DNA of 63,445 nt, filler included, from Phoronis australis (taxonomy: Eukaryota; Animalia; Phoronida), in NCBI GenBank assembly GCA_002633005.1. It is 5 parts of 5 records of this genome, joined end to end, with 100 filler letters (N's around TTAATTAATTAA, not from the genome) between each part and the next. Parts side by side here need not be neighbours in the genome. Positions count along the whole stretch, not along the records: positions 1 to 24,432 come from NMRA01000195.1; 4 more parts are not named here. The stretch is one strand, 5' to 3'. Shown piece after piece: positions 12,740 through 24,532 of the stretch. The notes under the pieces are model-generated. The model searched no databases, was not told where the DNA came from, and was given only the letters and a program-made list of their open reading frames with translations. Each line of letters opens with the position of its first letter. The stretch's first letter is position 1. A program made the translations under genes and the position numbers.

Positions 12740-15700
12740 CTGAAAGATAAAAGATCTAAATATATTGAATGTTAAATTATCCATTAAGCGTCAGCTTACG
12801 GATCATACAAAGTAGAGCCCGCATCATAACTCCTGGGACTCATTGGGGACGAAAATTCGTAACAACTAGGACTCAAACAATGTGGTGACCGAAGGTAGCA
12901 CGAAAATTACAACGACGGAGGGAGGGGTTAACATTTGTGGCGGCATGGGCGTCTTTGCCAGTTCAAATTGCCAGGGATCTCATTAATTCAAGAAACGTAC
13001 ACCCAGTGACATTTCCCTGACACCAAATAAAGTTGCATTACCTTTTGACTAAGTGTGAAATCGCTGGTTTAGACATTCAGTTGGAATTTCGAGATAACTT
13101 AAAATGAAATTGAAAATAAACCGTTTGGAAGTACATGTACAAACTGTCAAATCTTCTTTGTAAATGTTCGTTATGTTCCACTTGAGAAATGCCAAGAGGT
13201 AAATGACACGTTGGGGGCGATTTTGAAAATTGACCAAGTTTTGAGTTCGATTCATCTGGTAGATAAAAATCTAATGGGATGCAAATAAGTTAAATTAAAA
13301 ATTAAGCTTTGAGCTTTCGTCGAATTATCGAAGATCTTGTGTTACACAATTGTACCTCCAGGTGGCACGTTAGGATGAACAAAAATTCGTGCAGTCTCAT
13401 GAATTACTGAAGTCGTATTTAGGAACGTTGCATGTAAAGTTCACGCACACGCAGTTTTGTGCTTACACGTACGCCATTGTTACGCAATTAAATGTCTCTG
13501 TCACACACTTACAGATATGGGAGACTGTACTAGCGAACACGGCGAAGAATACTAATACACCAAGCACCTCGACAGATGGAGCGAAAGGTAACATTGCGTA
13601 AAACAGACAACCAACAATGCAGCCACCAGCAACCACCAAGTTACTCCTGAAACAACATTTATGGATTAATGCACTCAATGATGTGAGCCCGCGAAGCACT
13701 TGTCCTATTTGAAAAAAAACTGTTTTCACTTTTACAAGTTGTCAGTGGAAACGCCTGCACTTTGTTTAGCGTAGATTATGTTTAAATGGGATTGTCGTTT
13801 AGTTTCTGCTTTACGTTATCGTAGTTGGGAACATGCAAATACCTGTTCAGTGTTTTTCAATCAAAAGGCCGCTGGATCAAGGTTATTTAGAACTTTTGTA
13901 AAATGTCGAAGTTTGGCTAACTTCGGGACGCCATATCTCAGAATAGCAGACTCAATTCATCTGAAACTTTCAGATGTGTTCTCCAAAACGATGTTGGGAT
14001 CTGTTTTTTAAAATATTCCTCTTTTGCAAAAGAGGTTATCTAAAAGCAGAACTTTTAATATTTTTGTCTGAAAAATATCGAAAAATTGCATAACACTAAA
14101 ACGACCTGACAATTTGGAAAACAACGCTATTTCAAGCGTTTTCCCATCCATGACAAGAATATAATTACAATTTTCACAAATATCCAAGCAGCATGCGCCC
14201 CGTCACACAAAGGTACAGACGCAAGCAAGCACGCACAAACAAGCACGTAAACCGGTTTGAGGAGGCCTGGAAAGCGAAAAAAAATACTCAAGGTGGTTCT
14301 CCACCACCTTGCCCTACAGAGAATACAACCTGATCTTCTGGTATTTTTACGGTTTATTCGTAAAGATTTCTGTTGTAAAAGCATTGTTCTTTTAGTTTAA
14401 AAAAACAGTCGATCTGTAAACTGTTCTCTACATTGTGGATTTTTCTCCCAAATGGCAAAGAACGTATTATTGATTGCATTTCTCGCTTGCATGCGGACGA
14501 CGTAACACAGTTGCCGCAAAACAGCGTAAAAACTTGGGCACGTCGATATGTCGGAGGCTTGTTGCAAAGTAATCTAGTAATTTCTTAAATCTCTTCAAAC
14601 TCAGAAATAAACATTTAAAGTTGCATTTCGTCCACTTTCGTTGGTTAAATGGAACATTGAAACAGAACCCTCTCTGTTACTCATAATATTCCTTCCTGGC
14701 GGCAAGGTCGAATTTGTTACAGAAAAATACCTATTGTTTCTCTTAATTAACGAGCTAAACAGGGCAAAAATTATCCACAAATAATCACTGAGAACTGATT
14801 GGTTGTTTCCGAAAACACATTTCGAGTTTTAGAGAATATTAAGATATGTATGTCGATCGCCAGCAACCCGGAAGAGGTTTTGTAAAGTCGATCTGTACCT
14901 TAATGTACCAAGGGATCTTCCCTTGTAAACCTTCTTAAAAAATTCCTAAATATACATAGCGTCACGGCTCAGCAAAATCATGAAGCTTTCACGAACTGTC
15001 ACTTTGCCGAATTATTTTTTACCTATGTCACTGACCTCTTATTTTCCTACGCGCCATTTTCAAAACTCCATAAAACATGTTTTCGACACTTTGCGAAACG
15101 TTGGAGAATTGGACGACACGGAAAGGTCATCTACTGGTAACAAACAACGACAGCTAATTTGTTAATTTGTGAGAGTAAAGGATTTTATTCCGACAGAAGG
15201 TAATTTTTTCGAAGTGCTCTGAGTAAACAGTTAGCATGCACAATTCATGTTTTTGCTAAACTACCAAAAACATAGTAGTGAGTACTTTTCAGCCACTCTC
15301 CTCGTGTTTTTAAAGTGATTTCTTCCGACAGACAGAATTTTTTCAAGAGATGTCGAAAAGTCATCGATGCCGTGACTGTTATGTTTTTGTAATAGAAAGA
15401 AGCAGAAATGTAATATTGACAGGAATTAAGAATGACGTCACAAAAGGATGACGTCACATAACATCACAACACCTCCCCGCCTTATTAAGCGAAAGCTTGT
15501 ATTTTTAAGTCTCTCGGACCTTCTCAAGTTGTGTGGCCTATATTCATTTACCGTTGGAAGTCGTGGGTTTGGGCGCTTCTTCTTTTCCGATTTTCTCGTT
15601 TGTATTTCTATTTTCGTAGTTGCATACTCTTCATTCCTTGCTTGTCTGTCATCTGTATGGGATTCTCCAGTTGGCAAAATGTGGTATCTGCAGGATCTGT

Positions 15701-18700
15701 ATCTTCTTCAGAACAATTCCTTGGTCTAAACTAATGGATACGACGATGCCAGATTGGACCAATTGGCATGAATTTCACTTTGACAGAACGTGGACCGATA
15801 AGTCAGGTCACAACAGCAGGTACATGTACCCAGCGAGGGTCCCTACTTTGACGAGGCCCATATCACGAGGAATAACATGGCATTCTAATGGTATAAATAG
15901 CAATGTTTGACACCGTTTGATCGGACTCAATAATTTGTGGTTTCGCACAATTTCTTGACTGCTTCCCTTGCGCTACAAGAGCAGGTGAAGACGTAAGCTG
16001 TTTAGCTCACAACGAATTTGTCTTCCATTTAAGAGTTCGCTTGGGGAATAACCAGAATCTAGAGGTGTCCGAAGATATTGCAATAAAAACTCTTGAAACG
16101 CTGATTTTGGCGACAAAGGAGATTTCCTCAGAGATTGCTTGAAAGTCTGTACCGAACGCTCTGCAGCCCCATTTGTAGCTGGATGGTTGGGGGCACCTGT
16201 AAGGTGTACAGTTCCACGTTGTAGGCACCAAGCCTGAAACTATTCAGAGCAAAATGTTCTTGCATTATCTGTTACTAACGTTTGGAGATAGCCATAATGC
16301 ACCGTTCTCTTTCAAGCAATCCCGTTGTTGTTTGAGTTGACAGTGAACATGTTGGCTGTAAACATGGATATTTAGAATACGCATCTACCATGACTAACCA
16401 GATTTTTCCAAGAAAGTTTATGGCATGATCAACATGAACACGGCTCCATGGCTTTTCGGGTAGCATTCATGGATGAATGGCTGCTTTCGGTGATCTGTTT
16501 TGATATTCAGCACAAGGAGTGCAATGACGTACCAGTTCTTCAATGTCCTCGTTAATACGTGGCCAATAAACCGCTGTCCATGCTAGCTGCTTCATTCTCT
16601 GCATTTCGAAATGGCCAATATAAAGCAGATCCAACACCTGTTTTCCTAATCACTTTGGAATAGCTATCCGTGTACGATGAAAAAGACCTCAATATTCTGT
16701 GGTCAAGGTATCTTTCTATTTTCTGAAACATTTCAATTCTTCGGAATCCATAGAAACTGGCCAACCTTCTATGGCATATCTCACTGCTTTAGAAATGTCA
16801 GAATCCTTGCTAGAATCCCTTTTAAGCAATTTAGAGCTAACAGGGTTCAAATCTAGACTTTCTTGCTTAACAGAACAGACCATATTCACGTCTGCTTGTT
16901 CTTCTTCACGGTCAAGTTTTGAATCTTTACCGCAGAGAAAGCGACTCAATGCATCTGCATTAGAATGATCGGATATTTTCCGATACTCCACTGTGTATTT
17001 ACATTGGCTAAGATGTAACGCCCATCTTGTTAGCCGATTGGCAGCCATAGCTGGAACTCCTTTTGTTGATCTGAAAATAGAAACTAAAAGTTTGTGATCA
17101 GTTATCAAAATGAAACGTCTTCCGAAACGAAATTGATGAAATTTCATTAGTGCGAAAACAGTTGCCAGAGCCTCACCTTGAATTTGACTGTACCTCCGTT
17201 GAGTGTCCGTGAGAGTCTTTGAAACATTGCCAATCGGACGTTCACCACCATCAGGATAGCGATGAAATAGAACGGCTCCAATCCCAACATTAGAAGCATC
17301 ACATGGAATTCCCAACTGTTGTTTATGATCGAAATGAGCCAAAACTGCATCTGTACACAGTATTTCTTTTAAACGCTGAAAACCTTCATTCTTCTCAGCT
17401 CCCCATCTCCATGGCTCATATTTGCGCGTCAAATGCCTCAGTGGAGCAGTATATAATTTCGGAATGAACTTTCCGTAAAATTGAACAGATCCAAGGAACG
17501 AACGTGAATGGGAAACTTCTGATGCTGCTGCATTTTCAAAACAGTATCAACTTTTTACCTTGTTTAATGCCATAACGTGAAAGCATGTGACCTATGTTGA
17601 CCAAATGAGCATTTTCCACGCGACATCTAATTCTATTATCTTGCAAACGCTGGAGTAGGCTTAGTAAATTCTGAAGATGTTCTTCAGCGTTGCGACTGCT
17701 TACAAAAATATCATCCAAGTTTACAACCACGCCATTTAAATCGCTAGCCAATTTTTCCATGATATCCTGGAAACACCAGGAGCTGAACTTATCCCAAATG
17801 ACAATCTCTTTTGTAGAAGAACTCCACGATGTGTGGATAGTGCCAGAGGTCCCTGAATTTCCGAAGTTAATTTACTCTTATTATACGCATCAGCCAAATA
17901 AATTTTCGTGAATTAAAAGCCGCCAACGAGTTTTCGCAAAAGATCCTCAGGCAGGGGTAGCGGATGACGTTGAGTTTCAAGCTGGGGATTTATGGTTACT
18001 GAGTAATCTCCGAATACTCTTAATTTCCGTTTACTTTGGCCAGGAAGCGGTGCATTTCTTTTAGGAATGTACTCGTTGTATTGTGTATGTTTCCAAATTC
18101 CACGTTTAATACCAGCATCATATGCCAGATGCAAGTCTTTCAGTAATGCAAAAGGTACTGCGCGAGGTTTGCAAAATATTGGTTGGACATCAGGCTTGAA
18201 TTTTACATCTAATTCGAAAAATTTTAAATATCCCAGTTCAGGTTTGAGTAGGTTTTGGAAATTCATCGCAGATGACTATGCACGCGTGCGTTCTGCCAAC
18301 AATAATCAAATCGTGTTTGCTTACTACTAATTCAACGTTTGCTGTATGCTGTGAATCGGACTGTAATGTTGCGTTTTTTGATGAAAATTCCCAAAACTGT
18401 TAATGTTTGCCGCGACATACTGACTGTGCGATGGAGATAAAACAGATTTTCCAAGTTTGAAACAAACCTTCTCCGAAATGAAATTGTCCGGTGATCCAGT
18501 ATCTACGTCAAATGTCTGTTTTTGCCTCATATGTGAACAACACTATCATTTGGATCTGGATACAAAATGTGATTACTTTTCTGTTCTGGTCATGCTAAAA
18601 TATACTTTATCCCAAGCCTTTCTTTTGCTTAGACATACATGTACAGTCTTTATATGACATTTCTTGTGACAGAAACGGCACTCAGTCTCTTTAAAACGAC

Positions 18701-21700
18701 AATCCATTGCCGCGTGGCCTTTTTTCTACAACGGGGACATGTTCCCTTTGGAAAACCTCTAAACTTCTGTGCTTTGCCGAGCCTGCTTTCTTGCCTCCTT
18801 TTCTTTTGTAACTTAAGCACTGAATCGCCGTAAACCGTTTCTTTTGCAACTTTGGACGCCTCTTCAATTCCTGTTGCTATTTCTATGGCTTTCTTAAAAG
18901 ATTATTCGTCTTTTTTATTTTGAAAAGAGCTTTTAGGACCGCCTAATTAATAATTGAACAAGTAAATCTAGTTCTCATAGCTTCATCCTGAGGATCCTTT
19001 ATTGTTGGAAAATCGCTTTTTGCGGCGTCTTGTCGAATACGAGCTGCTAGCTCCTGTATTGTCTCATCTGGCTGTCTTCTTGTGTTAGACCAAAATTTGA
19101 ATCGCTCCCGGACTACAAAATACTTCGAATCGCATTGATTCGCCATGAATGCTGTAAATTCATTGATTGTCCAGTTGATTGATATCCTTGGAAGGTGTCT
19201 GCTGCTTTGACAAAATTGCAAGCAACTTATAAACTGTAGATGTATGATTCGTCAAGAAAGATTGTCGAAGTTCTTCCAAAGGTATGGAGTGTGCACCTGT
19301 AAATGTTTGGTATCTGGATCAATGATCCTTCCACTGAACTGTCGAATGCACCAAAAGTTAGAGTAGATGTCGTTGGTTGGTGCATCAGCCAGCTAGTGAT
19401 CATCTCAGCAAAACGCTGATTATTCTCTTGCTGTTGGTTGATTTGTTGTTGTAATAACGAAATAATGCCAGCCAACTCACCCATCTTTTTATATCCTGCC
19501 AACTACGCCAAAATCTGTTCTGTTTTTGGTAATAGAAAGAAGCAGAAACGTATAAAAGAAATGTAAAATATATTGACAGGAATTAAGAATGACGTCACAA
19601 AAGGATGACGTCAAAGAAACCTACAAACATCACAACAATGACAATCCGCGGGCCAAACGTGCCTTCCGTTGAGACAAGTTTTACGAAAAAACGCAAGAGC
19701 ACCAAGACACCGTGACATTTTGAAAAGCATAGACCTCATTTTGATTGCCGCCATTTTGAATGACGCAAAAAGTTTCTGAGAAAAATTTTGTTGCTCGCAT
19801 TAGATTCCCTACACCCGTGCAACTCAAAAAGCGATATAATGTGTCTGCAACTTTCACGTAATTTTAGAAATTTGAAACTAGGGACGTTCTCAGTGAAATT
19901 GCTCTTACTGCAGCCCCCACAAAAGGCACCTTAGATGTCTGAATAGAGCGGCTTTCCATTTTCACAACTCCCCATTATCGCATTGGTAAAATCAACAGCG
20001 ACTTAATTGGTCTTGCACCCATTACGTACAACCCCGATAACAGAAAATTATTATTTCTTAATTTGGCTTGTTTCTTGGCAACAGTTACACTAAAAGCTAT
20101 TAAATCTCTTAACTGAGGCGTGGTAATAAAATTCTTTGTGAGACATGTTTTCATGGTGGGAACTCTTTAATCAGCAGGTTTTTTACCAAACTACTACCCA
20201 GAGTGTGACCGGCAGTGCCACCGTAGGGATTTATTTATGAACTGCTATCAGCAATAAGGTACATGCACATACCACTGAACAGGTAGGCTGCATCGATGGG
20301 GCAAATACACATTTCAACTGGGGGGTGCGTCGGCAGCCTAATTCCCGTAATAACTTTACGGTGCCTCCTAAGTTCTGTTGCAAGCAAAGCACGTGACCCC
20401 GTCATCTTCGTTTACGAGGCTCTTGCATTTGCAAGTGCACACAAGATTTGTCTTATGTTGATTTCGCGGGTTGAAACACTGAGCGCTGTCACTAAAGTAG
20501 TGTAATTTTAGTAATCTCAATGAAAATGTACTAATGCCACTTTCGCTGAAGTCTGTTGTACGTGTACATGTAAGTGCTAGCGTGGACTGGTCTGCGCAGT
20601 TGCGGACTTACAATATACACGTAAGGCATGGAAAGAAAAGAACACAACCACAAACACTGTTCTATTAGAGGTTAACCTACCTTTTAGGAAACTTGCTTAT
20701 TAAAAACGTCACCAAAGGCGCAGACATAAGGAAACTCAGCTGTCCTACTGACATGGTGGTCGCCATGGTTGCGTAGCTGCCGTTGGTTTGTACGATAAGA
20801 TCCGGTAAACAGATGCCAATGTTAGTGTCTGCACATGCCTTGGAACAAAAGAGAGTCGGAGTGAGACATCGGGAATGGTAACCACGACAACATTGAGACA
20901 ATTACATGTAATTTCATTAACTTTGAGACAATATGCATGTAACTGTAATACCAACTCTCTGGCGTGGCCTATGTGTTCTATTGTTAGAACTTGTGACTTC
21001 GAAAAGTGATGCGATCACTTGATCTTTGAATTTCCGCTTGAGAGTTACACATGTAATCAATTGTTGTACAGTACGCAGTAGTTATCAGTTCAAGCATACT
21101 TCCATTGCTTCATTTTGACTTCGTCGTTTTTCTTCATCAAATGTGGCTCTTGAGGTACGGTTCCGGACAAACCAGTGATTTCAGTCTCGGCAAATACACG
21201 TATTATTCAACATAACCCTCAATTACACTGGTTATGCTTTGTACTCATTGACCTGTGGCCCTGTTTGGAGGACAACATTAGGCCTCTCATATCGATTCAG
21301 TTTGCAGCTTCTCAAACTGCATGTCAGATGTTTTTCAACAACAAAAACTGTAGCATGGTCATAAAAATACGGAAATGAATTTCATTTGGTTACTGAATAT
21401 TTGTTCTACCAATATCAATGAAAAATTAAGGCTCTACCAATCGATGTGTTGATGTAACATTCAAAACAGCGTGTGTCAGTGTGTGTGTGCGCGCGCTCAA
21501 GTGTGCACGTGTATGTTATTACTGTTTTCAGTTTTTGATAGAATAATAATTCATTTGTGCAACGTTCTATATTGCCCAGATGCCAGTTTTGTTAACACAG
21601 ATACTTTTCGATAGTAATTGCCTATACTTGTGATATTAAATTTCCTAAAAATGAAAAAAAATATCTTGTAAAATAACCCGATCCAAAAGTTTTGTGTTGC

Positions 21701-22844
21701 AGACAGCGTACTGTGTAGATACATGTACCAATAGCCCCGCGAACCGTCTTTTTTCAAGTCTTCCCGCCCTCCCGTTGCACCACCAAAACTGCCCTGCTTT
21801 TTGACACACGGCTAAATCGGCAGTTTATCATATATTATTATTAATTCCCATGCGACATAGCAATATTTCCCGTTCAACGGGACGTTTAATGGGTTTTTGT
21901 GTTCCTCAAATTTTTGATTCGACTAAAAAAAAAAATAAACGGCGTCAAGAACTTTTGTGTGTTACGTCTCTTGCCCCAAAATCCTTTCAGGACGTTTGTG
22001 TGTTGCAGCAAATATTTCAATCTTGCCTTTTGGCTTAGACCCAGATAACCCGCTTCTTATGCAAAATTCCGAACTTCAATCCAGTTGTTCCGTTTTGCTC
22101 ATTCTTGAATGTGAACGTGGACAACTACTGTATGCAGCAGGTGTTCAAATTAATATTGAACGTGAATGGAAATGAGTAAACTTGAGCGTTCATTATTTTA
22201 TTTGCTTCTGCGCGCTTTATTTTCTTCTGTTAAAAAGAAATAAAATCGTGCGTGTTGTTTCTATAGCAACAAGGGTTGCTTTGCCACCATGATTTTGTCG
22301 AAAAGCTCGACCCTCAAAACGTAGATTGTGTATTTAACATTTCATAAGACACCGCAAAAGAACATTTGGTAATGGACGCAAAAAATTGCATAAAAAAACA
22401 CACGTGACATTTGTTCTCGGCATGTTAATGTCAAATTTCATTTTAAAAAAGCCGTCCTTCATAAAAATGTAATATAGAAGTTAATGTCTGAGGGGTTCAC
22501 GGGAGTGGGGCAGTTTGTAACTTCACAATTTGTGATTTAAGAATATGTGGAAAAGACGGTGGACGGTCATGAGCAGTGGTCTGCATTTTTTGTGCTTGCG
22601 AGATATCCCGTTATTGAAATCTTTAATCCACTTTTTCACTACATGTAGCAAAAGTAGACGTCGCACGTTTTACCCTTGCCAAACTTACCAACAAAAAGGC
22701 GAGCATTATAAACGCCAGTAATTTACACACGAAGTAATTTCGTGTTCTCGCCGTAAGAGGGGGTTGCTCTTCATGTATCTCCGCTATGGATTCTTCGTTG
22801 GTGGACTTCATCTGCGCTCTTCTGTTCAACATATTTGTAAACAT
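11658..22844 (-). CDS. Major facilitator superfamily transporter, MFSD4/sodium-dependent glucose transporter 1-like; 4 exons join(22844..22689, 20838..20681, 13646..13513, 12739..11658), 1530 nt = 509 aa + stop
   Basis: All three introns are GT..AG and the phases (0, 2, 1) join into one open frame. Many hydrophobic helices; motifs IGICLPDL and LHLLSLGYAVGQALTPLI resemble the MFSD4 family (IGPTLLDL; LHFxFxxGAxxxPLI). Substrate is not determinable from sequence. Confidence 0.85.
13513..13646 (-). CDS. MFS transporter exon 3 (SNLVVAGGCIVG...STVSHI)
   Basis: Acceptor TGTTGTTTCAG, donor GTAAGT, 134 nt, phase 2 to 1; two predicted hydrophobic helices. Confidence 0.85.
15377..15471 (-). repeat. 3' LTR of the Gypsy element (95 bp)
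   Basis: Direct repeat of 19516-19637 with deletions; preceded on the minus strand by the polypurine tract AATAAGGCGGGGAGG (15486-15472). Confidence 0.9.
19493..19510 (-). promoter_or_regulatory. Primer-binding site complementary to the tRNA-Ser 3' end
   Basis: Minus strand reads TGGCGTAGTTGGCAGGAT, one mismatch from the complement of the metazoan tRNA-Ser 3' end ATCCTGCCGACTACGCCA (recalled sequence). Confidence 0.8.
19516..19637 (-). repeat. 5' LTR of the Gypsy element (122 bp)
   Basis: TG...CA termini; followed on the minus strand by the PBS. Confidence 0.9.
20681..20838 (-). CDS. MFS transporter exon 2 (ACADTNIGICLPDL...SKFPK)
   Basis: Acceptor TCTCTTTTGTTCCAAG, donor GTAGGT, 158 nt, phase 0 to 2. 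Confidence 0.85.
21553..22150 (+). repeat. Dispersed repeat, diverged copy of 47923-48470
   Basis: Collinear shared blocks: TTTGTGCAA...TTGCCCAGATG, TTTTGACAC, TTCGACTAAAAAAA, TGTGTTGCAG, TGGCTTAGACCCAGATA.CCCGCTT. Confidence 0.75.
22689..22844 (-). CDS. MFS transporter exon 1 (MFTNMLN...LLAFIMLAFLL)
   Basis: ATG at 22844, 156 nt, donor GTAAGT from 22688; phase 0 matches exon 2. Nearby in-frame ATGs are alternative starts. Confidence 0.75.
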
Positions 22845-24229
22845 CGCTCTGAATAGTACCAGTTTTGCTAAGAAGCACTCTCTGAATTTCAGGCTGACCT
22901 TGAACTGGTGAAGATGTTCTCTGGTCTCATATAACTGGACATCCAGGCAAGTATATATTATAAAGCATCACCAACATAACGAAACGTGATATATTTTTCT
23001 CAGCATTGCTAAGATAACATCTGTCGTTTTGATAGCTGATGAACAAAAACATGACGTAAGAGCTAATGCGCACTTTCGACTGTATAATGAATTAGTATTA
23101 AACAAAACCGTTCTAATAAATGACACAGCCACTTAGTTGCAGAATGTAAAACTACTCATGATTACAAGCACCTGTCCGTTTCGATGACTATACACAAATA
23201 GATGTGAATTCAAGCTTTCAATCTCTTTCAAGTGAAGGATTGTGGGAAGGGTGTTGATATCTTGTTAACACAATGTCTGATCAAGTAAAAATTGTGAAAA
23301 AATATAGATGGCAAAATTTAGAGAAAAACGGGCCTCAATTCTGAATTAGTCTGATAATGATAATGTATTACTACTAGGGCACACTGCAGACAAATTACAA
23401 CTTTGTCAAAGTATGGCCTCAATAATTTTCTCCCCTCGCTTACTTCTCCTTTGTTGAAATAGAAAGTCATTTACAATAGACGGTGGCACTTTTGAAACAA
23501 TTGGTGATACTAACGTGGAACATAAAGTGGTGATATTCCACGGGGTTTGTTGAGACATGCGAAATTCAAAAGTTGAATACTTATGAAAATATACCGAAAT
23601 ATTGGAGTTTTTATTTTCATTCCTTCATTGTACAATCTTGGTTAATTTGAGTGTTCACATATTTTAAAGCAGGTACATTTGTAATTGAAATTTCTCGAAA
23701 ATTCCTCAAGTGAAATGAGTAAAAGCATCTTTGCTTTATATATTCAAATGGTACAGTAACTGTTTCTGATAAAATTAGATTCCAGTGCTATTTTTCAAGA
23801 AGTTGTTTTGGTAATGACTTAGGTGCTAAGGTGTCTGGGTAAAACGTACACTAACAAAAGTTAGTATGTGGTTTGCTAAACACGAATGTTGCTGCAAGAC
23901 CATCACTTACGTTAGTCATACCTATTGTTCCCTGTCAACAAGCCTTATCAAATAACTGGTATCAATTACATTGGACATGTGTTGACATAAACTACCATTC
24001 AAATGGGCTTAATTGATGCGGAATTTCAAACAGCATACATGTATATATCGATTGATACCTTGGTTCTTAGCTCAGTCCCATTGCACAATCTATGTCATTT
24101 TAATGAAAAAGTAAGTATATCTATATGTACATGATAGCAGTCATTATTTTATTCTTGTTGGTATACACGCTGTTTCATACATCACTATTTGTTTTGTATT
24201 GTATAATTGCATCGGATTAAAGAAAAAAG

Positions 24230-24389
24230 ATTTCTCTCTCCGTGGTCTCTCCCTTTCTCGGTCTCTTGGTCTCTCTCGATCTCCGTCTATCTCAGTGTCT
24301 CTCTCTCCCTCTCCCTCTCCCTCTCTCCCCCTCATTTCCCCCCCCCCCTCTCGCTCTCTCTCTCTCTCTTTCCCTCTCTCTCTCTTTCC

Positions 24390-24432
<43 letters not shown>
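24230..24432. repeat. (CT)n / pyrimidine-rich simple repeat at contig end
   Basis: Directly visible; explains the SLSLSL ORFs. Confidence 0.95.
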
Positions 24433-24532
24433 NNNNNNNNNNNNNNNNNNNNNNNNNNNNNNNNNNNNNNNNNNNNTTAATTAATTAANNNNNNNNNNNN
24501 NNNNNNNNNNNNNNNNNNNNNNNNNNNNNNNN
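24433..24532. other. Artificial gap spacer N44-TTAATTAATTAA-N44
   Basis: Same 100-bp spacer at four sites; the 12-mer has stops in all six frames. Confidence 0.97.

Larger units (their letters stand above)
15377..19637 (-). mobile_element. Full-length decayed Ty3/Gypsy LTR retrotransposon (possibly Mag-like) in MFS intron 2
   Basis: LTRs at 19516-19637 and 15377-15471 (TGTT...AACA); 5-bp TSD GTGAC/ATGAC; PBS and PPT present. Frameshifted gag (ERFKFW...RQPDETIQELAARIR), protease (FDVDTGS), RT (LRVFGDY, NLDDIFV), RNase H (CDASNVGIGAVL, YSQIQGEALA, ITDHK) and integrase (PWSRVHVDHA, LVMVDAYSKYP) occur in Gypsy order. Confidence 0.95.

Noticed and set aside
24477-24488. TTAATTAATTAA as a conserved biological motif or piggyBac target
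   Set aside because: Always centred in exactly 44+44 N; a synthetic linker.
24144-24488. Ser/Leu- and Arg/Glu-rich ORFs
   Set aside because: Translation of the (CT)n repeat and N run.
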